NCBI GenBank assembly: GCA_030704615.1
Contig: CM060734.1
Span: forward strand, 47,492,001-47,556,000
Reading direction: 5' to 3'
Length of the DNA stretch: 64,000 nt
DNA from: Takakia lepidozioides
Taxonomy: Eukaryota > Plantae > Bryophyta
A model generated the notes under the pieces. It did not search any database and had not been told where the DNA came from. It was given only the letters and a program-made list of their open reading frames with translations. Position 1 is the first letter of the stretch. Each line of letters opens with the position of its first letter. This document shows positions 52,290-63,880 of this stretch, one piece after another. A program made the position numbers and the translations under genes.

Positions 52290-55200
52290 CTGGAACAAGG
52301 TGAAACATGGGAGCTAGCCAAGTGGGGAGTAGAAGCATGTTGTGGAAGCAATACATACTGTCTGCCAGGAAGAATATCAGAGATCAGGTAAGGGCTATCA
52401 ATCCGACACTTGGCTTTAGATATCTGCTTACCAGGCTGGAGTCTTACACAAACGGACTGTCCTACCTTGAATGACTCAGAATACACAACACGCATGTTAT
52501 AATGCTTGGCCTGAGAAGCTTGGGCAAACACAATGTTAGACTTAGTTGTTTCACGCAAACTATGTCGTTTAGCATCCATGGAAAGCAAAAAGACTTCCCA
52601 ATTTTCAGGCTTAGTTGCTGAGACCTATAGCTAAGAGATATGCAAAAGAGTCCTACATTTCCTACCATACAAAAGTTCAAAAGGTGAGATCTTAGCTTAA
52701 TGGGGCCACTATATTCTCTTCATTGGATTTAGCCTTTGGATTTTGGCAAGTTCCTTTAACTGTTGCTGCTAAAGAGAAAACTGCCTTCACCTACAGAATG
52801 GGCCTCTTCCAATTTGAAACAATGTCTTTTGGCCTGTGTAATGCCACTACCACTTTTCAGCGCCTTATGGACATTGTTTTAGGAAACCTTCGTTGGGAGT
52901 GTGCTTTAGTTTACATTGATGACATCAATATTTATTCTACAACGTTTGTTGCGCATCTGCTGGATTTACAGAGGGTTGTGTGCATACTTCGTGCAGTCGG
53001 GCTTAAAGTTAAAGCCAAGAAATGTTGAATGGAGTAGCTCCATTTCTTGGGCCATCTATTTTCTGCTGCTGGCATAAGTCCTGACCCAAGTAAAATCTAG
53101 TCTGTGTGGAACTATCCACCCCTAGGGATAAAACATGTGTTAAAGCCTTCTTAGGCTTGGGCTCTTACTATCGTCGCTTCATTTTTCAGTTTGCTAAGCT
53201 TGCTGCTCCACTCACTCGCTTGTTATCCAAGGATGCTCGTTTTGTGTGGGGAACTACAGAAACTTTTGCTTCTGAGAAGCTCAAAATTGCATTAACCTTT
53301 GCTCATGTGCTTGCTTATCCTGATTTTACCTTCCCATTTCTCTTGCAAACTGATGCCAGTGATTTAGCTATCTCTGCAATGTTGAGCCAAATTCAAGATA
53401 GCAAGGAGCATGCCATTGCCTACGCTTCCCGCCGCCTTGATAAACATGAACGTAACTACTCTATCATTGACAAGGAAGGCCTTGCAGTAATATTTGGGGG
53501 CAAATATTTTAGGCAATACTTGCATGGTTGTCATTTTACAATTGAAACTGATCATTTATCTTTGAAAGCCTTGCTTACTCCTCGTGAACTAACTAGCAGA
53601 TTAGCTAGGTGGGCTCTGATCCTACAAGGCTATGACTTCAACAGATTCTACACGCGAGGGAAGGATAATGTCAATGCGGATGCTTTGACGAGTGGAGAAC
53701 CCAAAATCCCTAAAACATACACTACCTTGCATGATCTTGTTCCTCATGCTTCGCATACTGCTTCATCTGTTGTGCCTGTTTCGGATCCGTTTGCCTTGTG
53801 TCATCTGCTGGATTATCCTTATGTTCTCACAGATCTGCTTGACACTTGGGATCTGCTTCAGTTTGATTTGTTGAATTTCCGTGGTATGGCATGAATTCAG
53901 GTCTGGCATCTTGTAGTAGGCTCTGGTACTTTCCCTTACCTAAGGCCTGTTCATCTTGTCTTGCATCTGCCCTGGTTTGTTTCCTGACCAAGGGACTGAG
54001 ATGCTCTTTATAGCCTGCTTGCTTCCTCATAGGCAGCCATCTGAAACATGACGTCGGGATTATGGAGAGGAAGACAACGGGGGCGGACACTTCCTTCTCC
54101 CCTGCACTAATCTATTGTTGTGTGGCCATGAGTGATGTAGGCATGGATGATCCATTGTATGATGCTCTCCTCCACAGATGCAAAAACGGGCACCCACCTT
54201 TTGGCATATCAAAGCTGCTCATGCGGCAAGTCAATTATCTTACCAGCCACCGGAAAGTGAAGGGATATTGTGCAGAGTCACTGCTTTGGAAGGTCCCTCT
54301 GATGTGGACGTCCCTTCTAGGTCCGAGTCCATGCTTCCTCGCATTTGTACCATGCTTCTACTTATGCTGGTCAGTGGGGGGTTAAAACTGTCAAAAGACT
54401 GCAGAAGCAGTATCACTGGAAAGGCCTTAGTAAAATTGTTTCAACTTTCATTGCAAGGTGTGTACCCTGTCATGCCAAGACCATCCTACCTAGGACCGAA
54501 GCATCCTTATCTTTACAGCCAATCCCGATGACTGAACCATTTGCCAGGGTTGGCTTAGATCTTGTTGGACCCCTTAATCCACGGTCCAAGAGCCATGCAT
54601 AACTTGCGGTTGCTCGGATTTACCTGACGAAATGGGTTGAGCTCTGACTAGGGTGCTAAGGAGTGTGAAGTGGTGCGTTCAATGGTTTCTTGACAAGGTG
54701 ATACTTCGAATCTTGATGGTGCCCCCTCTTGAAAAATCCTCACGGATCAAGGTACTCCATTCAGGATAAGTGAGGAGGGAAAAGTGGTGCAGTTCTTCTT
54801 TGACAAGGTGATACTTCGTCGTGGTTGCCCTCTTGAAATCCTCACGGATCAAGGTACTCAATTCTGCAACCAACTTATGGAGATTGTCTTGTTTAATCTC
54901 ACACACTAATCATGCCGTTTCTGGTCCCTATAATCCCCAGTGCAATGGTTTGACAGAACGATTTAACAAAACTATGTGCCAGATGCTAGAAAGAACCAAC
55001 TGCCAGTAACTCCCATGTAAGAGCCTGAATCATTTCAGGAGATTGGAGAAATAGAAGCCCCTGAAATATGACTCCAAAGTCTGCAAGGAACAGCTAAGGC
55101 ACCTGCATAATAGAGGTGTGATGACTAACATGAATTATGCTAGTTCAGATCAGCTAGGTCCAACTCAATTGCGGAATTGTCGCTTGGAAGTAGTAACAGT

Positions 55201-55670
55201 GATACTATATTGGCAATACTCAGGATGAAAAAATCGACTGCACAATCTATTTGGTGTGCAAAAAAATATAAACAAATATACAAAAGAAACTGCTTGGCAA
55301 CACCAAACTTTCTTAAGTACAGAGGAACCTGTCACCTTAGGTCGCCTGGTAGTGCTGTCAACACCACCTGTTGAGTTGTCTAACCTCCAGTTTCATGTAA
55401 CATAAATGTTGTTAGATATTGTTTGGATGAGAGACTTCGATAAGTTCCTCTAGTCACTCTTGCATAGCTCGGCCAGGGAGGTACTGTCTGCATGCGTACA
55501 ATGTTTCGTTAATGCATGGCAAAGGGTAGACATCTTTCTTTGTGATGGCGTTTAAACGCCGAAAGTCCACACAAAAACGGGTTGAGCCATCCTTCTTACC
55601 CACCAAGACAATGGGACTGGCCCAAGGGGATATGGAGGGGGTGATGACACCAGCATCAAGCATCTTGGTA
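52290..55670. mobile_element. Degenerate Ty3/Gypsy pol (RT, RNase H, integrase), internally inverted
   Basis: Plus 52695-55005: FSSLDLAFGFWQV, VYIDDI, FLGLGSYYRRFI, QTDASD, YSIIDKEGLAV, IETDH, VGLDLVGP, YNPQCNGLTERFNKT. Minus 55670-55495: PWASPIVLVGKKDGSTRFCVDFRRLN. Minus 52693-52290: SPFELLYGR. Many stops and frameshifts. Confidence 0.93.
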
Positions 55671-56349
55671 ATCCGATCTGTGGCATCGACTCTTGGTGGC
55701 CTTGCTGCTATGGTGCTTCCTCCAGACGATACTTCGCATCCCACGAGAAGGAATGGCAAAACAGTGCATCGGGTGGCTTCGGGGCCTGATCACAATGCGA
55801 AGGTGGAATCGGCCAGACTACTTCAGGCTCGGGTAACAAGAACTATGGAAGTACCTTCACCTGGGTATGGACGGGTTTATACTTTGGTCACATCTGGGTC
55901 TGTTTTGCACGACAGGGCCTATCAGGTGACGGTGGGAAATTTTCCGGGGTGTAGTGTGCATGCGTGAGGAAGCTCTAGGAAAGAGAGGGAAATGGGTTCC
56001 CTGCAAGCATCTTTACTACATCTTTTTGCGTAGGATGTATTGTGATCCCAAAAGAGACCAAATCATTCACCAGACGACACTAGGTCCTGGTGAGGTACGG
56101 ACACTTTTGCAGCGAGACATTGGCAATATCGAGTAGTGTTGCATATGTTGCGATTTTTCGCAATGTCGGAAAGGGCTGCCTTGTTGGTAGAACATGTATA
56201 CACAGCTCTTAAAACTGGACAAGCAGACAATGTCTCGTTTTGAAAGGTAGTTTATTTTTTCATCGGGTTTGGTTAACGAGCCTCTAAAATTGAGTGCGTC
56301 AACGCACACCACTTCTGCCCCCACCCCCAATATTTCCCCGGGCAAAAAC

Positions 56350-56385
<36 letters not shown>

Positions 56386-57374
56386 TTGTTTTGTTCGCGG
56401 GCCTGCCAAACATGGACAAGTGTCAGTATGAAAGCTCATTTTATTTTTTGACGGCCTCTACAGAAGCATTGCGTAAATGAGCTTCATGATAACCATCTGT
56501 TTTTTTTTCCACTTCATCTGGAATAACAGGCACCTGAACAAGTTTCACAATGACAGCTCATTTGTTTTCCACGTCCTCTATACAAACAAACCCTAAATAA
56601 GCATTCATGATGACCATATGATTTTTTTTCACCTCTTCTTCAATAACAGAAACCTGAAGAAGTTTGACAATGATAGAGCTCAAGTTTTTTTTTCACCTCT
56701 TCTTCACAAACAATCCCTAATTTATTCCCTAAATAAGCATTCATGATGACCATCTGGTTTTTTTTTCACCTCTTCTTCTATAACAGAAACTTGAAGAAGT
56801 TTGACAATGATAGAGCTCAACTTTTTTTTCACCTCTTCTTCACAAACAAAGCCTAAATAAGCTTGAAGATGGTCATCTGTCAAATTTTCACCTCATCTAC
56901 ATTAATAAAAACCATTGCCTGTTTCACAATGAGTGGTCATATTTTGGGGCCTGTTCTTGCCCATCCTCATTATTTTAATCCTTTCCTTCAATATTCATCC
57001 ATCCATCATTCAATCCACCATGGATGCAATACTGGAAACGTCAGATAGCTTGACAATGAGCATCCAAACTTTTCTTGCCTCTTATTCATGCAAGAATCCC
57101 TAAGTAAGATTCATGATGACTCACCCAGCCTTTTATTTCACCTCTTCTTCAATAAGAAAACCTCAGTAACTTTCACAATGACCATTCCATGTTTTCTATA
57201 CCTCTTTTTTTAAGCGCTATAACTGCTTCCACGACAATAGGACCCTCTCTAAACAGAGGACTCGGGTATGGGGCCTGCTTCTTCCTCCACTAAACCCCTG
57301 GGCTCGCGCTTAGAGGGCAAAGCGTGAGCCGAGCTCCTGGGCTCACGCGGCTAGGTTCACGCCGTAGCTGCGCT
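55671..57374 (+). mobile_element. 3' part of GCM-MULE transposon: SWIM finger exon, subterminal repeats and terminal repeat
   Basis: YQVTVGNFPGCS..KWVPCKHLYYIF (SWIM, frameshifted), stop at 56136, tandem repeats, then terminal motif ending TCACGCCGTAGCTGCGCT at 57374. Confidence 0.8.
56430..57200. repeat. Imperfect tandem array, unit about 122 bp, about 5 copies (subterminal repeats of the MULE)
   Basis: AGCTCA at 56433, 56555, 56677 and 56814; recurring TAAATAAGCATTCATGATGACCAT and TTTTCACCTCTTCTT. Preceded by an A-run at 56351-56383. Confidence 0.88.
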
Positions 57375-57899
57375 CCAGATTAGCCCTGCCCGTGCAGGCC
57401 TTGAAGTTACCATTGCTGATGGCACGGCCTATGAACATAGGGTTGGTCACTTTGCCTATTCACATTAGTGGAAAGACTGTCCTGCTTAACTGCATTGTCA
57501 CGATGGGTGAACAAATTTTATCGGGGCTGGATTGGATGAAGGGTGCAGAAGGTCAGCATTGATGTCATGAACAATCTGATGTGCCTGCACAATGGTGAGG
57601 GACAACCTTACAAAGTGAGCCTGAGCCATGTTACTATTGCTGTTGGGACCTCTATGGCCAACTATTCTCGTCTCAAGCTTCAAGCTGAGCAAATGAAGGA
57701 GTAGGTGGGTTTGCATTATAATTGGGCCAGGTTCAGCCAGTTTCAAACACCTGGTGATAATCTGTACCAAATCATTTCCCTCCACCAGGTAAGAAGTCTG
57801 GACCTCCTCTACTTGTGGAAAAAAATACCATGTTGATCCGTGCTCCAATTGACTTTATTATCCCTGCTTTTTCTCAGCGCATAGTGCCTATAGGCCTAG

Positions 57900-58462
57900 C
57901 TTTTGCTTGCCCTGTAGGTCATTTCCTTGAGATAGAAGGCTGGAAAAAAACTTACCCTACAAAAGCACTGTCTGATTGCTTCTGGGGTTCTTGACAGGGG
58001 ATTTAAGGGTGAGGTCAGATTACTGGTTGCTAACCCAGAACGTATTAGCATCAGTATACGCAAGGGTCAGGTCATCGCTAGGCTCACTGCTTCTCCCTTG
58101 TATGCCTCTGTTCAGAAAGGCCTCAGTTTTCATGATATTGGACTGGTGGATTCTCCCATTGACCAACTCCAGACGTTTGCCTCACACTCCAGCTCCACTG
58201 TCAGTGGAACGCTCACTCCTGAGCAAGAGCAGCATTTCCAGTAGGTCTTAAAGGATATCAACATGGGTGATCACTTCACCCCTCAGCAGATTTGTCGCCT
58301 GCATATGTTCCTCCGTGACAATCTCAACATCTTTAGTAAGGGGCCCCATGACTTAGGCCACACCACCCTTCTTGATCATGGCATCATCACGGATGGTAAG
58401 CCTATCAAACAACATGCTTATAGGGAGAGTGTTCATGAGCGTAAGGTCATTCATGAAGAGGT
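57900..58462 (+). mobile_element. Gypsy pol 5' segment (dUTPase-like stretch and RT N-terminus)
   Basis: LIASGVLDRGFKGEVRLLVANPERISISIRKGQVIARL, then IFSKGPHDLGHTTLLDHGIITDGKPIKQHAYRESVHERKVIHEEV, which normally precedes KMLDAGVI. Confidence 0.8.
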
Positions 58463-59873
58463 GCAAACGAAAGCTGACGTCCTCCAACTTGCCAATCTCC
58501 AGTGCTATTAGGGAGGTTCCCACCCGCACTGGCCAAATGGTTGGTGGGGGAGGCTTAGCAATGTAGGAGTCACGGACGGTACCATTCACACAGCGAGCCA
58601 TATCGTCCGGGCAGAATCAGAATTTGTGCATCTTCGACTCCTTTGACATATATGGCCGAATCAAACCTATGAACGTCGGAGCTGGAGTACCCGCCGAGCC
58701 TTTGGCTATCGTGGACTTACACTTTTCATAACTAATGGCCCTCACTGCAGCGCAGCCAACTCTAGACCCTGGAGTAGTTCGCTCGATGTGCCATTCGGAG
58801 TCAGCACACGGTGATTCCTGCACTGCCCCCTTGTGGTCCTGCTGGAAACCCTCAATTACAGGGGTTGCAGGTAGCTCTGTAGAAGAGGAAGCACCAGCAA
58901 CCTCTTTCCTACTGGACGCCATGCTTTGTAGTGGAGAAATCTTGGGTACAGAGAAGTTGTCTCTGTCATGGCGATGTGAATCCCCATCTGATCCTGGAGG
59001 TGTATTTAGCTTGCGTTTGCAAGTCCCGAACCTTTCCTCTCCTTCCAGATGGGGCTCCCTTGATTGGAGAGGCGAGCCCATTGTGCACCTGTTCACCGCC
59101 TTTGCCATCTTCGTTGGATCCCCGGACCTTCTTGCAGCCCTCAGCATCAACTATGCTATATCTGGTCCCTTGCCCCCACATCGCCCCCTGAGGAAGTCAC
59201 GATATCTTGTTTGCTGGGTTAGAGCTCGTACCAGATCATCTTTGTAGCAATGTACAGATCTCTTCATGCTTTGCCAGATTGCTGCTTCCAGGCGGCATGA
59301 ACACTTTTTGCCAGATTGCAGGACGGCATGTCCGCAATGTCCTCAAGGGACATGTTCTGTGAAAGGAAAATGAAAGAGCGTCATTCATGCAAGCGCGGAC
59401 TATTCTGGGAACAAGGAAAGAAACTGGGCACATACAAGGGATTGCAGAGGTGAAAGGCAGCTTACAGTAGTCATGAATGCCCCCCATTGCCTGTATCTGA
59501 ACCAGTCTTCCAATTCTTTGACACCGTCCTGATCAGTAGCCCCTGACGAGAACCACCATGCTCTCACTGTCTGGTACATGGTCTCAGCCTCTTCCATTGT
59601 AGTCGCATTCTTGTACAAGAAGCAGAGCCTCATATGCTCCGCCTGCAGATCTCTTCTGATGCACCTCTTTGTATGTTTCTGCAGGGACTGAGTCCAGTGG
59701 AATAGACATATGCGCTCCCTATTAGGCATGGGTACCTTTGGATCACCAGATCCAAAAACTCGGCGCACAGCATTGAAGTTAGCCTGTGCACTATCCGCCA
59801 TAAACCCGTTGAAATTTATGCCTGTATGTCCATTAGACTCCATGACTGAAAGCAAACAATTCCACATTATCAT
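58463..59873 (-). mobile_element. Middle part of GCM-MULE transposase (second Asp, CxxH, degenerate Glu, 4-Cys domain)
   Basis: GFMADSAQANFNAVRRVFG, RICLFHW, intron about 59465-59359, PSCNLAKSVH, WHIERT..C..C..HKF*FCPDDMARC. In-frame stops are present. Confidence 0.8.
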
Positions 59874-59879
59874 TCTTAA

Positions 59880-60300
59880 CTAAGAATTTGAGTCTTTAGT
59901 CATGTGGAGTATGAGTCCATGTACTGATTCATATGGAGTGTGAGTCCAAACTATTATAGAGTTTGAATCCAACTGCTGACTAATGTGGAATGTGAGTCCT
60001 TATTGGGGAGTGTGATTTGTAACTTGGAATCTGAGTCCTAGCCCAAGTGGAGTCTAAGTCCTAATTAGGGAGTATGAGTCTTAATTATTGTCCCAACATT
60101 AGCTGCCCTACCTTTGTAAGGAGAGCATAGAACTTAAAGTTTGATATGGTGGACAAACAGTCCACTATGATGGACTGTACACATAACTATGTGGTCCAAA
60201 TCTTGGGACTCCATGCAATGGTAAGGACTACAATGACATGTATGGACAGCTCAAATTACAATCATTATGGTAGACGCTATACATGGGCTGTAAGTTCTAA
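59880..60300. repeat. Short degenerate GAGTCC/GGACT motif array (5' subterminal region of the MULE); similar motifs at 62630-62790
   Basis: Repeated GAGTATGAGTCC / GTGAGTCC / GGACT motifs at about 20-30 bp spacing. Confidence 0.65.
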
Positions 60301-60416
60301 CCTTTTAAATTCAAAAACCTCCAGACAATCAGTTTCCAAACATCTTAATCTTGACTCTGAGCCTCTAGCCTTTCTCTTGAATAAGTGGGAATTTTGAGAA
60401 AATGCTATAATCTCTC

Positions 60417-61650
60417 ATGTTTCCACATTTGGGGGTTGTGACACTGTCGGATTCCTCGGATGATGAATTGGCAGAAATACTGGCTCCCATGAACAGTCTT
60501 CCTGAAGGGGACATCGATGTTCAGGAAATCGTTAGCGTCATCCCACATCTGAAAGCATTGTCAGGAAAACCAGGATCCAAAAACGAGATCGCAGGGATAT
60601 TGTGGGATTCATTCGCAACAAAAAGGGTTCATTTCCTTCCACCTTCCTTCGACGGTGACATCCTCTTTGAGCTGAATCCAGCAACTTGTGCTGGGGGCCT
60701 TTCAGGTCTCTTGCAAGGAATGGATAAAAAGCATGATGGCCATCCATGGTGCAGAACCAAAACGTCCAATATCCACAACGATGTAAACTTGACATTCAGA
60801 AGGAGCGTTTGTGTGGGGCATCTGAGATGTGTGAATGCAAGTTGCCAGCGTTTCATGAAGAGCGGTGCTAAAAATGAGAGTGAGTGGGAAGGACTCTCCG
60901 ACAATCCTTTTATCCCAGGCTGTGCCCCACCGTCTGCCAGTACATTTGTTTGTAAGTTCTGCAAGGCGGCCCCCTCCTGCATTGCACATTGCCCTGCTTG
61001 CATGTACTATGTTACTCACCGTTGCAAAACCATGACTCGAGCCTACATTCATTTTGGGACTCACGACCATCCTGTGTCTCACGGCGATTGCAGAGATAGT
61101 GTGGAGTTGGCACGTGGGCTTGTCGTGGAGGAGTTTGCAAAGTCCCCTTCAGCCAAACCATCTGCCATAGCGCTGGCTGCCAACAAAAGTTTCCTAGAGA
61201 GGCACATTCTTGGGCAGGGAAGCGAATGCAGCTCAAGACTTGAGGGAGCTTCTTTGGATGCAGTGATGGATCACTTCTCCGTGTTGAGCTCCCCCAATAT
61301 TAGGAATCAGGTGAATGCATTGAGAGTGCGCGGTGGAAACACAGGGTCCATCGACAACATTATGGAGCTCAAGCGCATAAGTCAATATGACTTTATCAAA
61401 TCTAGCATCTTCCCGGGTCAGGGGTCAAAGGTTTACTTGTTCAAGATGTCTACGGTGGGCGAGGGCAGTGGCGTCGGCCTGGCCAGACGTATGCAACAAG
61501 GGGGGGATCTGGAGAAAGCCTGGATGATGTTCGATCATTGCAAACGAGTGAAGGGTTGGACAACCATGTCTTGCCATGTTTACGACCCAAACTACCAAAG
61601 AATAATGACAATTGCCATCTGTGACATGCAGTCTGAAGATACAGAGTCCA
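60417..61650 (+). mobile_element. N-terminal part of GCM-MULE transposase (GCM-type Zn domain and first catalytic Asp)
   Basis: Open frame of about 411 codons: DGHPWCRTKTSNIHN..RRSVCVGHLRCVNASC..CKFC..C..HFGTHDHP, then AWMMFDHCKRVKGWTTMSCHVYD..AICDMQSED. Confidence 0.85.
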
Positions 61651-61718
61651 CGCTTTGCAGCTTCAACGTGAGCTCAGCTCCCAGGCTCACGGGGCTGGGC
61701 TCACGCCATAGCTACGCT
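61651..61718. repeat. Terminal repeat of the GCM-MULE (partner of 57323-57374)
   Basis: 61667-61718 matches 57323-57374 at 43 of 52 positions, and similarity stops at the same base (..TAGCTRCGCT). Confidence 0.75.
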
Positions 61719-63880
61719 GATTGCTATATCGTGAGTTGTGAGATTCGTCCCCACCTTTATTGGCCAATGTTTGGTGGATGAGGCTTTATGTCCACTGAAG
61801 CTCGTATTGTCTCATTCACACACCTCCTACTGTCGTCGATGCAAAACCAGAACTTGTGATTCATTGCCTCCATTTGCCCGAATGGCCAAAAAAAACCTGT
61901 AAAGGTAGGAACTGGAGTCCTTACACTACCTCTGGATATTGGTGATGTGCACTTTTGAAATATGTTGGTTCTGATTGCACTACATTGCACTCTAGGCCCA
62001 ACATTAATACATTCTATGCGTCAGTTTTTTTTTCACAAACTTCATAGAAATTTAGGATTGTGGATTAATACCAACAAACTATGTATAGGAAAAATGACGT
62101 AGTGATGTCAAAAAATGGATAATGTAGGCTGCAATCATGGAAGAATCATCAACGCAACGTTGGTGGCAAGCCTTGGAACGTAGATGTTACATGTAGATAG
62201 GTGCAACATTATGACTCACCACCTATCTTATGCCTATATGTCATCCTCAAGTGATCAAAAATAGTACCTCCATCAAGGATTTCCTGAAAGTCTCTCCTTG
62301 CCATATTTGCCACAAAGGTTTCAACCGTTGGCCGGCATCCACCGTTGGCGCAGCTCAACCACTTTTAGTTTTTCCGCAAGTGCCTGCATCTCTGGGACCC
62401 AAAACTGGAACACCAATCAAGATGCATGATCTGTGAACAGCTGAAGTTCCTTATACACCTATTTGACATAGGCTTCATGTGGGATGTCATACAAGCAAAG
62501 ATGGTAAGTATGCTTACAAGATACCACCACCATGTGAGTAGAGCAACTTCATGATCAAGCCAGTTAGGAACATTTAAGTTTCAAGTATTTCTGATTGCAA
62601 AGTTTGTATGTTTTCTTGTTTACAAAGTGTGGTTCTTGACTTGGGACTTAAGGTCCAATCCTCAGGACTAGTATAGTCTTACGATTGGACCTTCAACCCC
62701 TTTCATTGACTATAAGTACTCCCAATGTGGGACTACAAGTATTACTATTAGTCTTCACAGTGGAACGAGTCCTTATTGGGGCGTATTACCGTGGACAAAA
62801 CAAAGGGGGCCACCATGCACCGTGTCTGCAATGCCTGCACAAAAAGAGGAATATGAAAATATGGCAGAGTTGAGCTCAGAATGATTGATACACTTTATTT
62901 GAATTCACAGATAGACGCTTACAATGAATGGCATGTGCATTTGCCCTGGTTCCGTGAACGAAATGTATGTGTTTGTCATAAATGCAAAGTCTTCACACGG
63001 TAACCTGGAAACCAGCATGGGAAGCGGGCATGGCTCGTATGTGTTCAAAGAGAATTTGGCGGAGCCCCACGTGAGCTGTCCCGCTGCAGAAGGGTGATGA
63101 CTTCTCCGTAGCCTAGTGTGGCTTGGTGAATGAATTGGTCTCTCTTACCGTCGCAACACATAATTACAAGGTATATATAATATTGATGCTTGCAGAGGAT
63201 CCACTTCCCTCTCATGCCGAGAGCGCCCTCACGCATCGTTACAAAATCCGGACAAGTGCATTTAGGGAAATTCCCCACGGTAACCTGATATTCTTTGCCA
63301 TGAAGAATTGAGCCAATAGACAGCACTGTGTAAATCCGTCCATACCCCGGGGCAGGGACTTCGGTGATACGAGTCACCCGAGCCTGCAAAATTCTAGCCG
63401 ATTCCATCTTGCATTTGTGATCTGCACCCGATTCGTCATCAGCCGATTAGCGCTGTTTCTCAGCCGAGGACAAGAAATATTCACGCACTTGCAATGCCCA
63501 ACGCAAACCGACCTTCAAAATTTCAATCCAATGTCGTTGTGGATGTTCGATGTTTTTGTCATGCACCAAGGGTGTCCGTCATGTTTCTTGTCCATGCCTT
63601 GCAGAAGCCTAGCCAGTCCACTGGAAGACGTGGGAGGGTTGAGCTCAAACAAGATGTCCCCATCAAACTTTGTTGGCAGGTATTGAACTTGCTGCACACG
63701 AAGGGACTCCCAATCAACAAAACGCAGCTCGCTCTTGCACCCAGGCACCCCTGCGAGGGCTTTCAATTTCGGAATGACACTCGTTATCTCCTGCAATTCG
63801 TCATCATCCAAGATGGGAGTCTACACTAGCGGAGGAATGTCAGAAACATCCTCCGAGGACGAGTCTGAAAGAGTCACGAA
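61719..63880 (-). mobile_element. Second, diverged and internally deleted GCM-MULE copy or copies
   Basis: 63880-63480: VTLSDSSSED..YLPTKFDGDILFELNP..QGMDKKHDGHPWCMTKTSNIHND. 63420-63045: intact SWIM (CTCPDF..CKH). 61990-61719: 4-Cys domain (HKFWFCIDDSRRC). Confidence 0.85.

Noticed and set aside
56351-56383. Poly(A) tail of a retroposed insertion
   Set aside because: No TSD or recognisable SINE/LINE body upstream.
56430-57200. CRISPR-like array
   Set aside because: Whole units are degenerate tandem copies without unique spacers; eukaryotic TE context and no cas genes.
60417-61781. Intact 454-aa domesticated GCM transcription factor
   Set aside because: The last 43 or so codons run through the terminal repeat past an inversion breakpoint, and the rest of the transposase carries stops. 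Expression cannot be excluded.
62220-62520. Possible accessory (MURB-like) ORF of the second MULE copy
   Set aside because: Interrupted frames and no counterpart in the first copy.
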